From positions 45,858 to 109,857 of the IMG/VR virus record IMGVR_UViG_3300013131_000024: 64,000 nt of DNA; one strand, 5' to 3'. Of the stretch, positions 7,145 through 14,652 are shown in pieces. A program made the position numbers and the translations under genes. The notes beneath the pieces are model-generated. The model saw only the letters and a list, made by a program, of their open reading frames with translations, was not told where the DNA came from and searched no databases. The number at the start of each line of letters is the position of its first letter. The first letter of the stretch is position 1. The stretch comes from a virus.

Positions 7145-7222
7145 GCGGATGTGATGGAATTTGGTATACATATCAGACTTAAAATCTGAGTTCTGAGGGT
7201 TCGAATCCCTCCATCCGCACCA
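7145..7222 (+). tRNA. tRNA-Leu(TAA), no long V arm
   Basis: Leu-type D loop; 5-nt V loop. Confidence 0.9.
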
Positions 7223-7227
7223 AACAT

Positions 7228-7299
7228 GCCTCTGCCGATGGAGCGGTGCCAGGTCTTCTAAACCAGGTTATGGGAGTTCGAATCTCTCCAGAGGCGCCA
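7228..7299 (+). tRNA. tRNA-Arg(TCT), reduced D arm
   Basis: acceptor and T arm canonical; CTTCTAA loop. Confidence 0.8.
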
Positions 7300-7307
7300 T
7301 ATATCAG

Positions 7308-7336
7308 TTGACAAAGCATAGAATAGACTATATAAT
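7308..7336 (+). promoter_or_regulatory. sigma70 consensus promoter
   Basis: TTGACA-17-TATAAT. Confidence 0.85.
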
Positions 7337-7369
7337 ATACTTTGTTCATTAAAAATTTCTAGTTGTTAT

Positions 7370-7397
7370 GCCCCGGTGGTGGAATGGTAGACACGCT
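7370..7397 (+). pseudogene. 5' remnant of a tRNA-Leu (acceptor strand + D arm)
   Basis: GCCCCGG-TG-GTGGAATGGTAGACAC-GCT, then stops abruptly. Confidence 0.75.
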
Positions 7398-7425
7398 TTT
7401 CTGTGTGTTTAGCATAAATAAATGT

Positions 7426-7869
7426 ATGAAAAACATTTATGAATACATTTCACTCCCGAGGGTTGAAAGACAGTCTCATCTCAAATTGGATGAGCCGTGT
7501 CTAGAAAGAGGAGCAGGTAGTTATTATTTCAAAGGGCTTTTAGCTCATTGTTTAGATACTACAGTTCCTACAGGACATAAGATACATTTATGTCATGCTT
7601 GTCATAACGGTGCTTGTGGTAATCCCAATCATATGTATTGGGGTACAGCACAAGAAAATCGTTTAGATCAAGTTGAAAATAACGGCAAAACAATTTGGGA
7701 GAGAACTGTCGAAAAACACGGCTTAGAAAAAGCGAAAGCTATGAACAAACGTGTTGGAAATAAAAATGGTTCTGGCAATAAGGGTAAACCTAAAAGCGAG
7801 GAACATAAAGCAAAAATTGCCGCAAACCGTAAAGGTGGGCGACAAAAGAAACATGCGGACGTGATGTAA
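7426..7869 (+). CDS. HNH/zinc-binding-loop homing endonuclease with NUMOD3-like motif
   Basis: HLCHACHNGACGNPNHMYWGTAQENRLD; GKPKSEEHKAKIA. Confidence 0.85.
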   Translation: MKNIYEYISLPRVERQSHLKLDEPCLERGAGSYYFKGLLAHCLDTTVPTGHKIHLCHACHNGACGNPNHMYWGTAQENRLDQVENNGKTIWERTVEKHGLEKAKAMNKRVGNKNGSGNKGKPKSEEHKAKIAANRKGGRQKKHADVM

Positions 7870-7938
7870 CTGGTAGCCATGCGAGTCTTAGAAGCTCGTG
7901 CCTTGTGCGTGTGAGTTCGAGTCTCACCGTCCGCACCA
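7855..7938 (+). tRNA. tRNA-Leu(TAG)
   Basis: cloverleaf with V arm, ACCA; overlaps endonuclease stop codon. Confidence 0.93.
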
Positions 7939-7958
7939 AGTTTGCCCTATGGACTTAA

Positions 7959-7974
7959 CCGACCTGGGGCACCA
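7959..7974 (+). pseudogene. 3' remnant of the disrupted tRNA-Leu
   Basis: CCGAC-CTGGGGC-ACCA; CTGGGGC pairs with GCCCCGG at 7370. Confidence 0.7.
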
Positions 7975-8139
7975 TTAAAAAATAGCATTAGCGGGTATCG
8001 CTTGTGGACGCACAGGCTCACGAAGATTAGGGCCATCTACTTCTTCTGAAAAAACCGTGGACAATGGCTTATGAGGAGAATCGAACTCCACTCAGAAATC
8101 CGTCCCATCCCGTAGGGTGTAATGTTATTCTTTAATGGT
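7971..8139 (+). ncRNA. candidate small structured RNA closed by ~19-bp stem
   Basis: ACCATTAAA-A-AATAGCATTA pairs with TAATGTTATT-C-TTTAATGGT; GC-richer non-coding interior. Confidence 0.5.
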
Positions 8140-8149
8140 AAAGTTTTTT

Positions 8150-8228
8150 CCGGGTGTAGCTTAGTCTGGCTTAAAGCGCCTGCTTTGGGAGCAGGAGATC
8201 GTGAGTTCGAATCCCACTTCCCGGACCA
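8150..8228 (+). tRNA. tRNA-Pro(TGG)
   Basis: cloverleaf, ACCA. Confidence 0.92.
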
Positions 8229-8234
8229 GTAAAT

Positions 8235-8309
8235 GCATCGTTAGTTCAGCGGTAGAACGTCGTCCTTACAAGGCGAATGTCAGTGGTTCGACTCCATTAC
8301 GATGCACCA
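8235..8309 (+). tRNA. tRNA-Val(TAC)
   Basis: cloverleaf, ACCA. Confidence 0.95.
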
Positions 8310-8314
8310 ATGCC

Positions 8315-8406
8315 GGAAGGATGGCTGAGAGGCTTAAGGCAGCAGGTTGCTAACCTGTCGATTCGGGTAACTGGGTCCGAGGGTTCGAATCCCTCTTCTT
8401 CCACCA
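8315..8406 (+). tRNA. tRNA-Ser(GCT)
   Basis: cloverleaf, long V arm. Confidence 0.95.
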
Positions 8407-8425
8407 ATTTTAAAAAGGAAACTAA

Positions 8426-8605
8426 ATGTTAAGACCAACCGCAAATTACAAGATGTCCAAACCTACCAAAACTATGTTGGCATCGAGAAGATTTAATTCA
8501 GAAACACAAAGACATGACTGGAAAAGATCTATGATTCAGGCTGAATTAGCTGCTCTTATTCAACCTAAAAGAGAAAAAGGTCGTCGAGAGAACAAAGGTG
8601 AATAA
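8426..8605 (+). CDS. 59 aa basic hypothetical protein (MLRPTANYKMSK...)
   Basis: AAGGA SD; open frame; below ORF-track cutoff. Confidence 0.7.
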   Translation: MLRPTANYKMSKPTKTMLASRRFNSETQRHDWKRSMIQAELAALIQPKREKGRRENKGE

Positions 8606-8606
8606 C

Positions 8607-8789
8607 ATGGAAGATTCTCAAAATATTAAAAGAACCGGAACTTGTGGTTGTGGGCGATCACCAACTGGTGATTGTATTGGTTGGCACAGTCTATCTGAAG
8701 ATATGTATCAACATCAAAAACTGCTTTGGATAGAAGAAGAAATGCGTAAAGATCAGGAAGCAGCACACTTAAAGGAGACTGGCAGATGA
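8607..8789 (+). CDS. CDGSH-like iron-sulfur domain small protein
   Basis: CGCGRSPTGDCIGWH resembles the CDGSH motif C-x-C-x2-S-x4/5-C-D-G-x-H. Confidence 0.6.
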   Translation: MEDSQNIKRTGTCGCGRSPTGDCIGWHSLSEDMYQHQKLLWIEEEMRKDQEAAHLKETGR

Positions 8790-8983
8790 GAGATAAACTG
8801 ATAGATGCATTGAGAGTTCATTTTGCAGGTAATTTGTTAAAACATAAAATGAATGTAGAAGTTATGTTAAATAATCCAATCGCAATCCATGATCATACTG
8901 ATTGGATGACTGCTATCGAATCGGAGATTGCACAAATAGCAGAATACGAAGATAAATTAGAAGTATTGAATAAACATTTTTAA
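8786..8983 (+). CDS. hypothetical phage protein
   Basis: ATGA overlap; 65 aa. Confidence 0.75.
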   Translation: MRDKLIDALRVHFAGNLLKHKMNVEVMLNNPIAIHDHTDWMTAIESEIAQIAEYEDKLEVLNKHF

Positions 8984-8986
8984 ATT

Positions 8987-9060
8987 GGGGGATTAGTTAA
9001 ATGGGATAACATCGGCTTTGCAAGCCGAGATTGAGAGTTCGATTCTCTCATCCTCCACCA
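8987..9060 (+). tRNA. tRNA-Ala(TGC)
   Basis: G3.U70 pair; cloverleaf. Confidence 0.95.
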
Positions 9061-9064
9061 ATAT

Positions 9065-9138
9065 GCCCTTTTAGTATAATGGTAATACAGTGGATTTGTA
9101 ATCCTCTGATGGCAGTTCGATTCTGTCAAGGGGCACCA
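9065..9138 (+). tRNA. tRNA-Thr(TGT)
   Basis: cloverleaf, CCA. Confidence 0.93.
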
Positions 9139-9154
9139 AGATTACCAAAATGTC

Positions 9155-9182
9155 TTGACACAGACACAAAACAGTGTATAAT
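9155..9182 (+). promoter_or_regulatory. sigma70-type promoter
   Basis: TTGACA-16-TATAAT. Confidence 0.75.
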
Positions 9183-9189
9183 AAGTTTT

Positions 9190-9458
9190 GTTGTGTAGCA
9201 ATACACAACCGGTGAAGTGAAAGGTAGATGAGGATAGACGCCTAGTATGGTTTCATACCATACGAACTTATCTGGCAAAGACGACTTGAAAACGTCTCCG
9301 TGCTTGAGTGAGCTGATCCAAATATCTTTAACTAGACTGTCAATTGCTGATCGGAAATATTCAGGTCTCTGTAGCCTGTCTATTGCACGTTGTCCAGACC
9401 GACGATATCGCACAATAGGTCTTGTCAATTGTCCGGTCTATTACTTGACCTTTCATCG
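9190..9458 (+). ncRNA. candidate ~270-nt structured RNA / long 5' leader
   Basis: GNRA-capped 8-bp hairpin; long-range GTGAAAGGT/ACCTTTCAT and ATAGAC/GTCTAT; internal hairpins; repeated GTCWATT. Confidence 0.55.
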
Positions 9459-9492
9459 ATCCGTCATTATAATTGTAAAAAGAGAGACACAA

Positions 9493-10065
9493 ATGAATAT
9501 CACACTACGCAAAGCAAATGCAGTACAAAACAGCATCAATGATGCACTAAAAAACATTAAGGTTGATCTTAATGTTGAGATTAACGAGTTTCAAAATATC
9601 GAAGATGTTATTGGCAAAGCCAATAACACTTTGGTCGAAAATGATGCACGTCGTCAAAAGTTGACTATGGCTTTGTACAATATCCGTGCTTTAGTAGGTA
9701 CTGCAAATGCTGCGAGTGGAATTGACACTGCGCTGGCCAAGGCAGCGTTCATCGATAAACGTATTGGCCAATTAGAGCAATTGGCGAGCTCTACTGAGAT
9801 GACTTCTTTAGAAATCATTAAAGGCAAGATTGAAAAGATCAAAAGTCTCAAGGACGAAGCTCGTAGCCGTATCTATGGCTATGGAGACACGGTAACAACT
9901 TCTGTTCTCAGCAAAGAACAGATCGCACAGGCCAAATCAGAAATCCTTAATCTGAAAAAGCAAAAGCAAAAGCTCAACGATGAGATCCTTGAGCTGAATA
10001 TCAAAACCGATATTCCATTATCAGATGATACTGTAGAATTACTACAAACAGAAGGATTACTATGA
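9493..10065 (+). CDS. coiled-coil hypothetical phage protein (MNITLRKANAVQ...)
   Basis: coding-like composition from ATG 9493; the upstream in-frame extension overlaps structured RNA. Confidence 0.8.
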   Translation: MNITLRKANAVQNSINDALKNIKVDLNVEINEFQNIEDVIGKANNTLVENDARRQKLTMALYNIRALVGTANAASGIDTALAKAAFIDKRIGQLEQLASSTEMTSLEIIKGKIEKIKSLKDEARSRIYGYGDTVTTSVLSKEQIAQAKSEILNLKKQKQKLNDEILELNIKTDIPLSDDTVELLQTEGLL

Positions 10066-10071
10066 TATTGC

Positions 10072-10145
10072 CGCGGGTTATAGAAAAGGCATCTTACCAG
10101 TCTCATAAGCTGGAGTTGGGGGTTCGAGTCCCTCACCCGCAACCA
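10072..10145 (+). tRNA. tRNA-Met(CAT), initiator-like
   Basis: C1.A72 mismatch; CAT anticodon; lacks the three anticodon-stem G-C pairs. Confidence 0.85.
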
Positions 10146-10174
10146 GTTATAGATAAAGATACTTATTTGAATAA

Positions 10175-10663
10175 ATGAATATCGCAATAATAATCGATTG
10201 TTGGAAAGATACACCAACTACATTGCATCATATAATTCTCTCTAAAATATTTAGATCGACAAGATTCGTTTATTTAAATATTAAGAAATTTTTAAGTTCA
10301 GATTTAATAGATGTAATAATTATTTCTTCCTACGACGACAAAGATACTACTCCTACTATTTTAAACATAGACAAGAAAAAATTCTTTTTTTTACACGAAG
10401 AACAATTAATAGAATTTTTAAAAAATAATTCAGTTAAAAATATCTATATGTGTGGTTGTGCCTGGGATAGTTGTGTAAGAGATCGTCCTCTTGGTTATTT
10501 GAATGTCTATAAAATTATTAATTCATTGAACTTAGATATTAGTGTTTTAGTAAAATATAACTGTGTTAAAAACTTAGATGACACATATTTTGTAAAATCA
10601 AAAAATGATGACTGGGTAAAAACCAGTGTAAAAAATATTTTTAAATACTATCCAAAATGTTAA
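10175..10663 (+). CDS. hypothetical AT-rich protein (isochorismatase-like fold possible)
   Basis: IIIDCW...YMCGCAWDSCVRD resembles cysteine-hydrolase motifs. Confidence 0.65.
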   Translation: MNIAIIIDCWKDTPTTLHHIILSKIFRSTRFVYLNIKKFLSSDLIDVIIISSYDDKDTTPTILNIDKKKFFFLHEEQLIEFLKNNSVKNIYMCGCAWDSCVRDRPLGYLNVYKIINSLNLDISVLVKYNCVKNLDDTYFVKSKNDDWVKTSVKNIFKYYPKC

Positions 10664-10670
10664 AGAATAT

Positions 10671-10740
10671 GTGGGAGTAGCTCGGTTGGTAGAGCATTTG
10701 CCTTTCAAGCAAGATGTCGTGAGTTCAAGTCTCGCAACCA
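10671..10740 (+). pseudogene. degenerate copy of tRNA-Gly(TCC) with TTC anticodon and no 3' acceptor strand
   Basis: strong similarity to 10838-10913; ends in CGCAACCA. Confidence 0.75.
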
Positions 10741-10745
10741 ATTAG

Positions 10746-10820
10746 CTCGCTGTAGTTCAATGGACAGAACGATTCTCTCCTAAAGAATAAATCCAGGTTC
10801 GATTCCCGGTGGCGAGGCCA
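10746..10820 (+). tRNA. tRNA-Arg(CCT)
   Basis: cloverleaf, GCCA. Confidence 0.93.
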
Positions 10821-10837
10821 GTGTTAAATAGTTTTAT

Positions 10838-10913
10838 GCGGGTGTAGCTCAGTTGGTAGAGCACTTGCCTTCCAAGCAAGATGTCGAGAGTTCGAGACTC
10901 TTCGCCCGCTCCA
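10838..10913 (+). tRNA. tRNA-Gly(TCC)
   Basis: cloverleaf, TCCA. Confidence 0.95.
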
Positions 10914-10918
10914 AATAT

Positions 10919-11494
10919 ATGCAAGTAATAGACTATAACGATACATTCCGTAAGTTTGATTTCAGTTCTGTTATAACAGCGGCTGATAACGATGTTGCTA
11001 TAGGAATCGTGAAAAATATCATCGCAGATGGCAATTATTTTACCAACAGTCCAAAATATCAAACTAAAGAAAACATCTTCAAAAGAAAAGAAACTGTATG
11101 GTTGAAATACCGTATGAGTTTTTTGTTTTCAGTTTTTATGTACCTAGGTCGTGAAGTAAAAGTTTCTAACATGATGGCCTGGTCATTCATGACTAATTTA
11201 GAGGGTGCCGAAGACCGTGAAAAATTATGGCACCATCATTGGCATCCTTCCAGACCAGATGCTAAGATGATGAGTGGAGTTTTTTATCTGCATATCCCCG
11301 ACGATGTCAAAGACAGAGATTATGCAGGCACAGAAATGGCACCAAACGGCATAGATGCAGATGGAAAGTTTTTTGTCCGCCCTGCAGACTATCAATGGCT
11401 TATATATCCCAGCGATCAATGGCATAGACCCGGCATCGTCCAAAGTAACCAATACAGATTCGTGTTGGCAGCAGACGTAGAATATTACGATTGA
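10919..11494 (+). CDS. putative 2OG-Fe(II) oxygenase
   Basis: WHHHWH...SGVFYL...YPSDQWH...RFVLAAD DSBH pattern; start placed after tRNA-Gly. Confidence 0.75.
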   Translation: MQVIDYNDTFRKFDFSSVITAADNDVAIGIVKNIIADGNYFTNSPKYQTKENIFKRKETVWLKYRMSFLFSVFMYLGREVKVSNMMAWSFMTNLEGAEDREKLWHHHWHPSRPDAKMMSGVFYLHIPDDVKDRDYAGTEMAPNGIDADGKFFVRPADYQWLIYPSDQWHRPGIVQSNQYRFVLAADVEYYD

Positions 11495-11519
11495 CAACAG
11501 CACTTTTTGGTGCTATAAT
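11491..11519 (+). promoter_or_regulatory. sigma70 consensus promoter
   Basis: TTGACA-17-TATAAT, TGn. Confidence 0.85.
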
Positions 11520-11540
11520 ACAACATCAAGGAGTGAAAAA

Positions 11541-12080
11541 ATGAACCCGTGGATCCAAAATGTATCTCTCAGCGATGTTAAGAAAGGAAATCATATCCAT
11601 GCCGGCATTAACAGTATGCTGATTCAAATTGTAGATCCAGGTATGGAGTTTCCTACACCTAGTTATCAGTTTCGAGAGATTCATCAATTCTTGTTTCTTG
11701 ATGTTGAAGAAAAGGACGAAGTTTTGGAAGAAGAGATGCGTTGCAGTCAGACTCAGGCAGATCAGCTTGTCTCTCTGCTACACAGAGCATTCGAGAATCG
11801 TATGAACGTTGTTGTTCATTGTGTAGCAGGTGTTTGTCGTTCGGGTGCTGTCTGCGAAGTAGGTGTAATGATGGGCTTCCGTGATACCGAAGTATTTCGT
11901 TCGCCTAATCTGCTAGTCAAGCACAAGATGATGAAGTGCCTAGGTTGGACCTACGACGAGCAGGAGCCTCACACAATTAATGGGGCTCCTGTCGAAGAAG
12001 ATTGGACCAACGACAACGAAAAGGTTTTTACCTTAGCAGCAGCTCGTCGTGAGCGCAGACAGCGTGAAGGAGATATCTAA
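11541..12080 (+). CDS. dual-specificity/protein-tyrosine phosphatase family protein
   Basis: HCVAGVCRS (HCx5R) P-loop. Confidence 0.85.
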   Translation: MNPWIQNVSLSDVKKGNHIHAGINSMLIQIVDPGMEFPTPSYQFREIHQFLFLDVEEKDEVLEEEMRCSQTQADQLVSLLHRAFENRMNVVVHCVAGVCRSGAVCEVGVMMGFRDTEVFRSPNLLVKHKMMKCLGWTYDEQEPHTINGAPVEEDWTNDNEKVFTLAAARRERRQREGDI

Positions 12081-12487
12081 TGGAGTATCTCGTCCAGGCC
12101 AGAAACAAGAGGACTAAAGAGTTTATCGAAGCGATATTGCCTTCAATGATCAAACAACTGAGATTACAAAATAGTCGAAAAGCTCTATTCGTAAAAATCA
12201 GCAAGAGTGACATCGAAAGCAATAATATGGGACAGACTGCTTATATTCAAGCCGTAGATGGGATTGTAGTTATAATCAGTCCTCAATCCAGAGAAAAGAT
12301 GGGATTGACTCTAGCACACGAAATGATACATGTTAAACAGATGGCCAAAGGTGTGTTAAAAACTTATAATGGAGTTTCGTACTGGAGAGGTAAGAGGGTA
12401 GGTAAAAAAGTTAAATATCTGGATCAACCTTGGGAAATAGAAGCTTTTAGTAAACAGGAATTAATTTTTCGTAGGGCTATAGAATAA
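12080..12487 (+). CDS. zinc metallopeptidase-like protein
   Basis: TLAHEMIHVKQ (HExxH) and PWEIEA. Confidence 0.8.
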   Translation: MEYLVQARNKRTKEFIEAILPSMIKQLRLQNSRKALFVKISKSDIESNNMGQTAYIQAVDGIVVIISPQSREKMGLTLAHEMIHVKQMAKGVLKTYNGVSYWRGKRVGKKVKYLDQPWEIEAFSKQELIFRRAIE

Positions 12488-12499
12488 AAGGAGGGCATT

Positions 12500-13105
12500 A
12501 TGCCAAGTGTGTTTTTAGTTTCAGACACGCACTTTGGACACGCTGGCGTTTGCCGTTTTACACGGGACGATGGTATTACAAAGTTGCGTCCGTGGGATGA
12601 CCCCGCGGAGATGGACGAAGCTATGGTCAAGGCTTGGAACGAACGGGTCAAGCCCACAGACAAAGTTTACCATTTGGGCGATGTTGTGATCAACCGTAAG
12701 GCGTTGACGACATTGAGTCGTTTGAACGGTGACAAGGTATTGATCCGTGGAAACCATGATATCTTTCGTGATACAGACTATGCCAAGTACTTCCGTGAGC
12801 TTCGTGCTTACCACGTTATGAACGGTATGATATTGAGCCATATTCCAGTACACGAAGCATCGTTAGGACGTTTTGGTGTAAACATACACGGGCACTTACA
12901 TTCAAATCGTGTAAAGAAAGCTCGTGGAGTAGATGCTAGAACGGGCGAGGTCTTGTACAGCGATGAGATTGATGTTAGATATCATTGCGTGTGCGTAGAG
13001 CAAACTCCAGATTTTGCGCCTATACTTTTTGAAGATGTTATTAAACGCATCGAAGAAGAAGGTGGAAAAATAGGGTTTAGGAACGGCAACGGACCTATAA
13101 TGTGA
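12500..13105 (+). CDS. calcineurin-like metallophosphoesterase
   Basis: SDTHFGH, HLGD, GNHD and HGHLH motifs. Confidence 0.9.
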   Translation: MPSVFLVSDTHFGHAGVCRFTRDDGITKLRPWDDPAEMDEAMVKAWNERVKPTDKVYHLGDVVINRKALTTLSRLNGDKVLIRGNHDIFRDTDYAKYFRELRAYHVMNGMILSHIPVHEASLGRFGVNIHGHLHSNRVKKARGVDARTGEVLYSDEIDVRYHCVCVEQTPDFAPILFEDVIKRIEEEGGKIGFRNGNGPIM

Positions 13106-13122
13106 CATTATCTACGTACTTT

Positions 13123-13149
13123 TAGGGCTCTTCGGAGCCCTATTTTTTT
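13123..13149 (+). terminator. intrinsic terminator
   Basis: TAGGGCTC-TTCG-GAGCCCTA-T7. Confidence 0.9.
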
Positions 13150-13212
13150 GGCTTTACTTCTTTAATACGACATAAATATATTGAGTTAGGAAATTTCCAG
13201 GAGTTGAGAATT

Positions 13213-14619
13213 ATGCCCTTACAGATTCGCAGAGGCACTGAAGCAGAAAGAGTAGCCATGACACAACCTCTAGCACAAGGGGAGCTGCTTTATGTTACAA
13301 ATACACAAAGAATTTATGTTGGAAATGGATCCACTTTAGGGGGTATTCCTGTAACTGGATATACCGATGGTAATGCCAAGGACGCAGCAGCCACAATCTT
13401 CACTAGCGGATCTCACACTGGGATAAACTTTTCTTATAACACCGCAACTGACATTATAACTGCAACAGTAGATCTGTCAAATTATAATGGCACTATCAAT
13501 GCTTCTGCTCTAAAAGGAACTATCGTCGCTGACGATTCTACCATATTAGTCGATGCAGTTTCAGGAACAATTCCTGCAACAGTAATAAGTGGAACCGCCA
13601 CTATTAACGTCATTGGGAATACCACAGGATATCATACTGGTGATGTCAAAGGATCAGTATTTGCAGACGATTCTACCATATTAGTCGATGCTGTTGCCGG
13701 TTCATTTAATTTAGACGGAACTGTTAAAGGAAATATCGTTCCAGATGCAAATGAAGTTTATGATCTAGGATCAGTCACAAATCGTTTTAGAGACATTTAT
13801 CTAAGCGGTACTTCTATTAAATTAGGAAATGCAACCATAACCGCCACCGGTGCTGCTGTTGATCTTCCGGTAGGATCTACTGTCGGTGGTATATCTATAG
13901 CTAGTTCTGGAGATGGAGTAATTTCAGGCAGTAATTACAATATCAACATCATTCGAGATGACAGTACTGTAATAGTGAACTCTTCATCAGGAGTTATTAC
14001 AGCAGATACATTATACGGAACTTTATTTGGAACACTCGAAGGAGATGTAAGCGGATCAATATTTTCAGATGACAGCACTATCATGCTAGACGGCATTGAT
14101 AAAGTACTAACAGTCAATTCGATTAATACCACTGAGATAAATGCGGAGGCTTCTAGACTATTTGTTAAATCATCTAGTCCTCAACCCATAGATGCTGTTG
14201 CTATCACAGACGGATCTACTGCACCATATATAGGATTAAGTGTATCTAGAGGAACTATATCCTCTCCCACAAATACTAATGCTAACGATATTCTAGGAGG
14301 ATTTAAAATTGAAGGTTATAGAGCGGGCGTATATAAATTTGCATCTGGTATGGCTTCTATATGGGCTAGTGATGCTGATTATTCATATACTTATCCTAGA
14401 TCAACTTTTAATTTATTCACCGGCAACAACTCCAATATGTTAGCAATAGGTGCATCATTAGATGGTGCCGGAACTTGGACAGCTAACACGATAAAAACAG
14501 GCACGTACACTTCTGCTCCAGATACTAGACCTACTGGTTCAAAGGGCATGATTATTTTTAATGACACTACCGGAAAATTTCAAGGATTCGACGGTTCGAG
14601 TTGGGTTGATCTAAGTTAA
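13213..14619 (+). CDS. virion fibre-like protein with Mtd/hyaluronidase-type N-terminal domain
   Basis: LQIRRGT...LAQGELLYVTNTQRIYVGNG; G/T/S-rich; GSVFADDST repeats. Confidence 0.75.
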   Translation: MPLQIRRGTEAERVAMTQPLAQGELLYVTNTQRIYVGNGSTLGGIPVTGYTDGNAKDAAATIFTSGSHTGINFSYNTATDIITATVDLSNYNGTINASALKGTIVADDSTILVDAVSGTIPATVISGTATINVIGNTTGYHTGDVKGSVFADDSTILVDAVAGSFNLDGTVKGNIVPDANEVYDLGSVTNRFRDIYLSGTSIKLGNATITATGAAVDLPVGSTVGGISIASSGDGVISGSNYNINIIRDDSTVIVNSSSGVITADTLYGTLFGTLEGDVSGSIFSDDSTIMLDGIDKVLTVNSINTTEINAEASRLFVKSSSPQPIDAVAITDGSTAPYIGLSVSRGTISSPTNTNANDILGGFKIEGYRAGVYKFASGMASIWASDADYSYTYPRSTFNLFTGNNSNMLAIGASLDGAGTWTANTIKTGTYTSAPDTRPTGSKGMIIFNDTTGKFQGFDGSSWVDLS

Positions 14620-14652
14620 TTAATAGTATACTTTTCTGGGTATAAATATCCC

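Noticed and set aside
7370-7974. Group I intron in tRNA-Leu
   Set aside because: No P7/catalytic core is recognisable, the exons would lack the anticodon arm and most of the T arm, and an intact second tRNA lies inside
9247-9492. 82-codon N-terminal extension of the 9493 gene
   Set aside because: No SD, atypical composition, and coincides with strong RNA structure; ATG 9493 is preferred
13213-14619. Diversity-generating retroelement suggested by the Mtd-like N-terminus
   Set aside because: No reverse transcriptase and no TR/VR pair with adenine-specific mismatches were seen in the window
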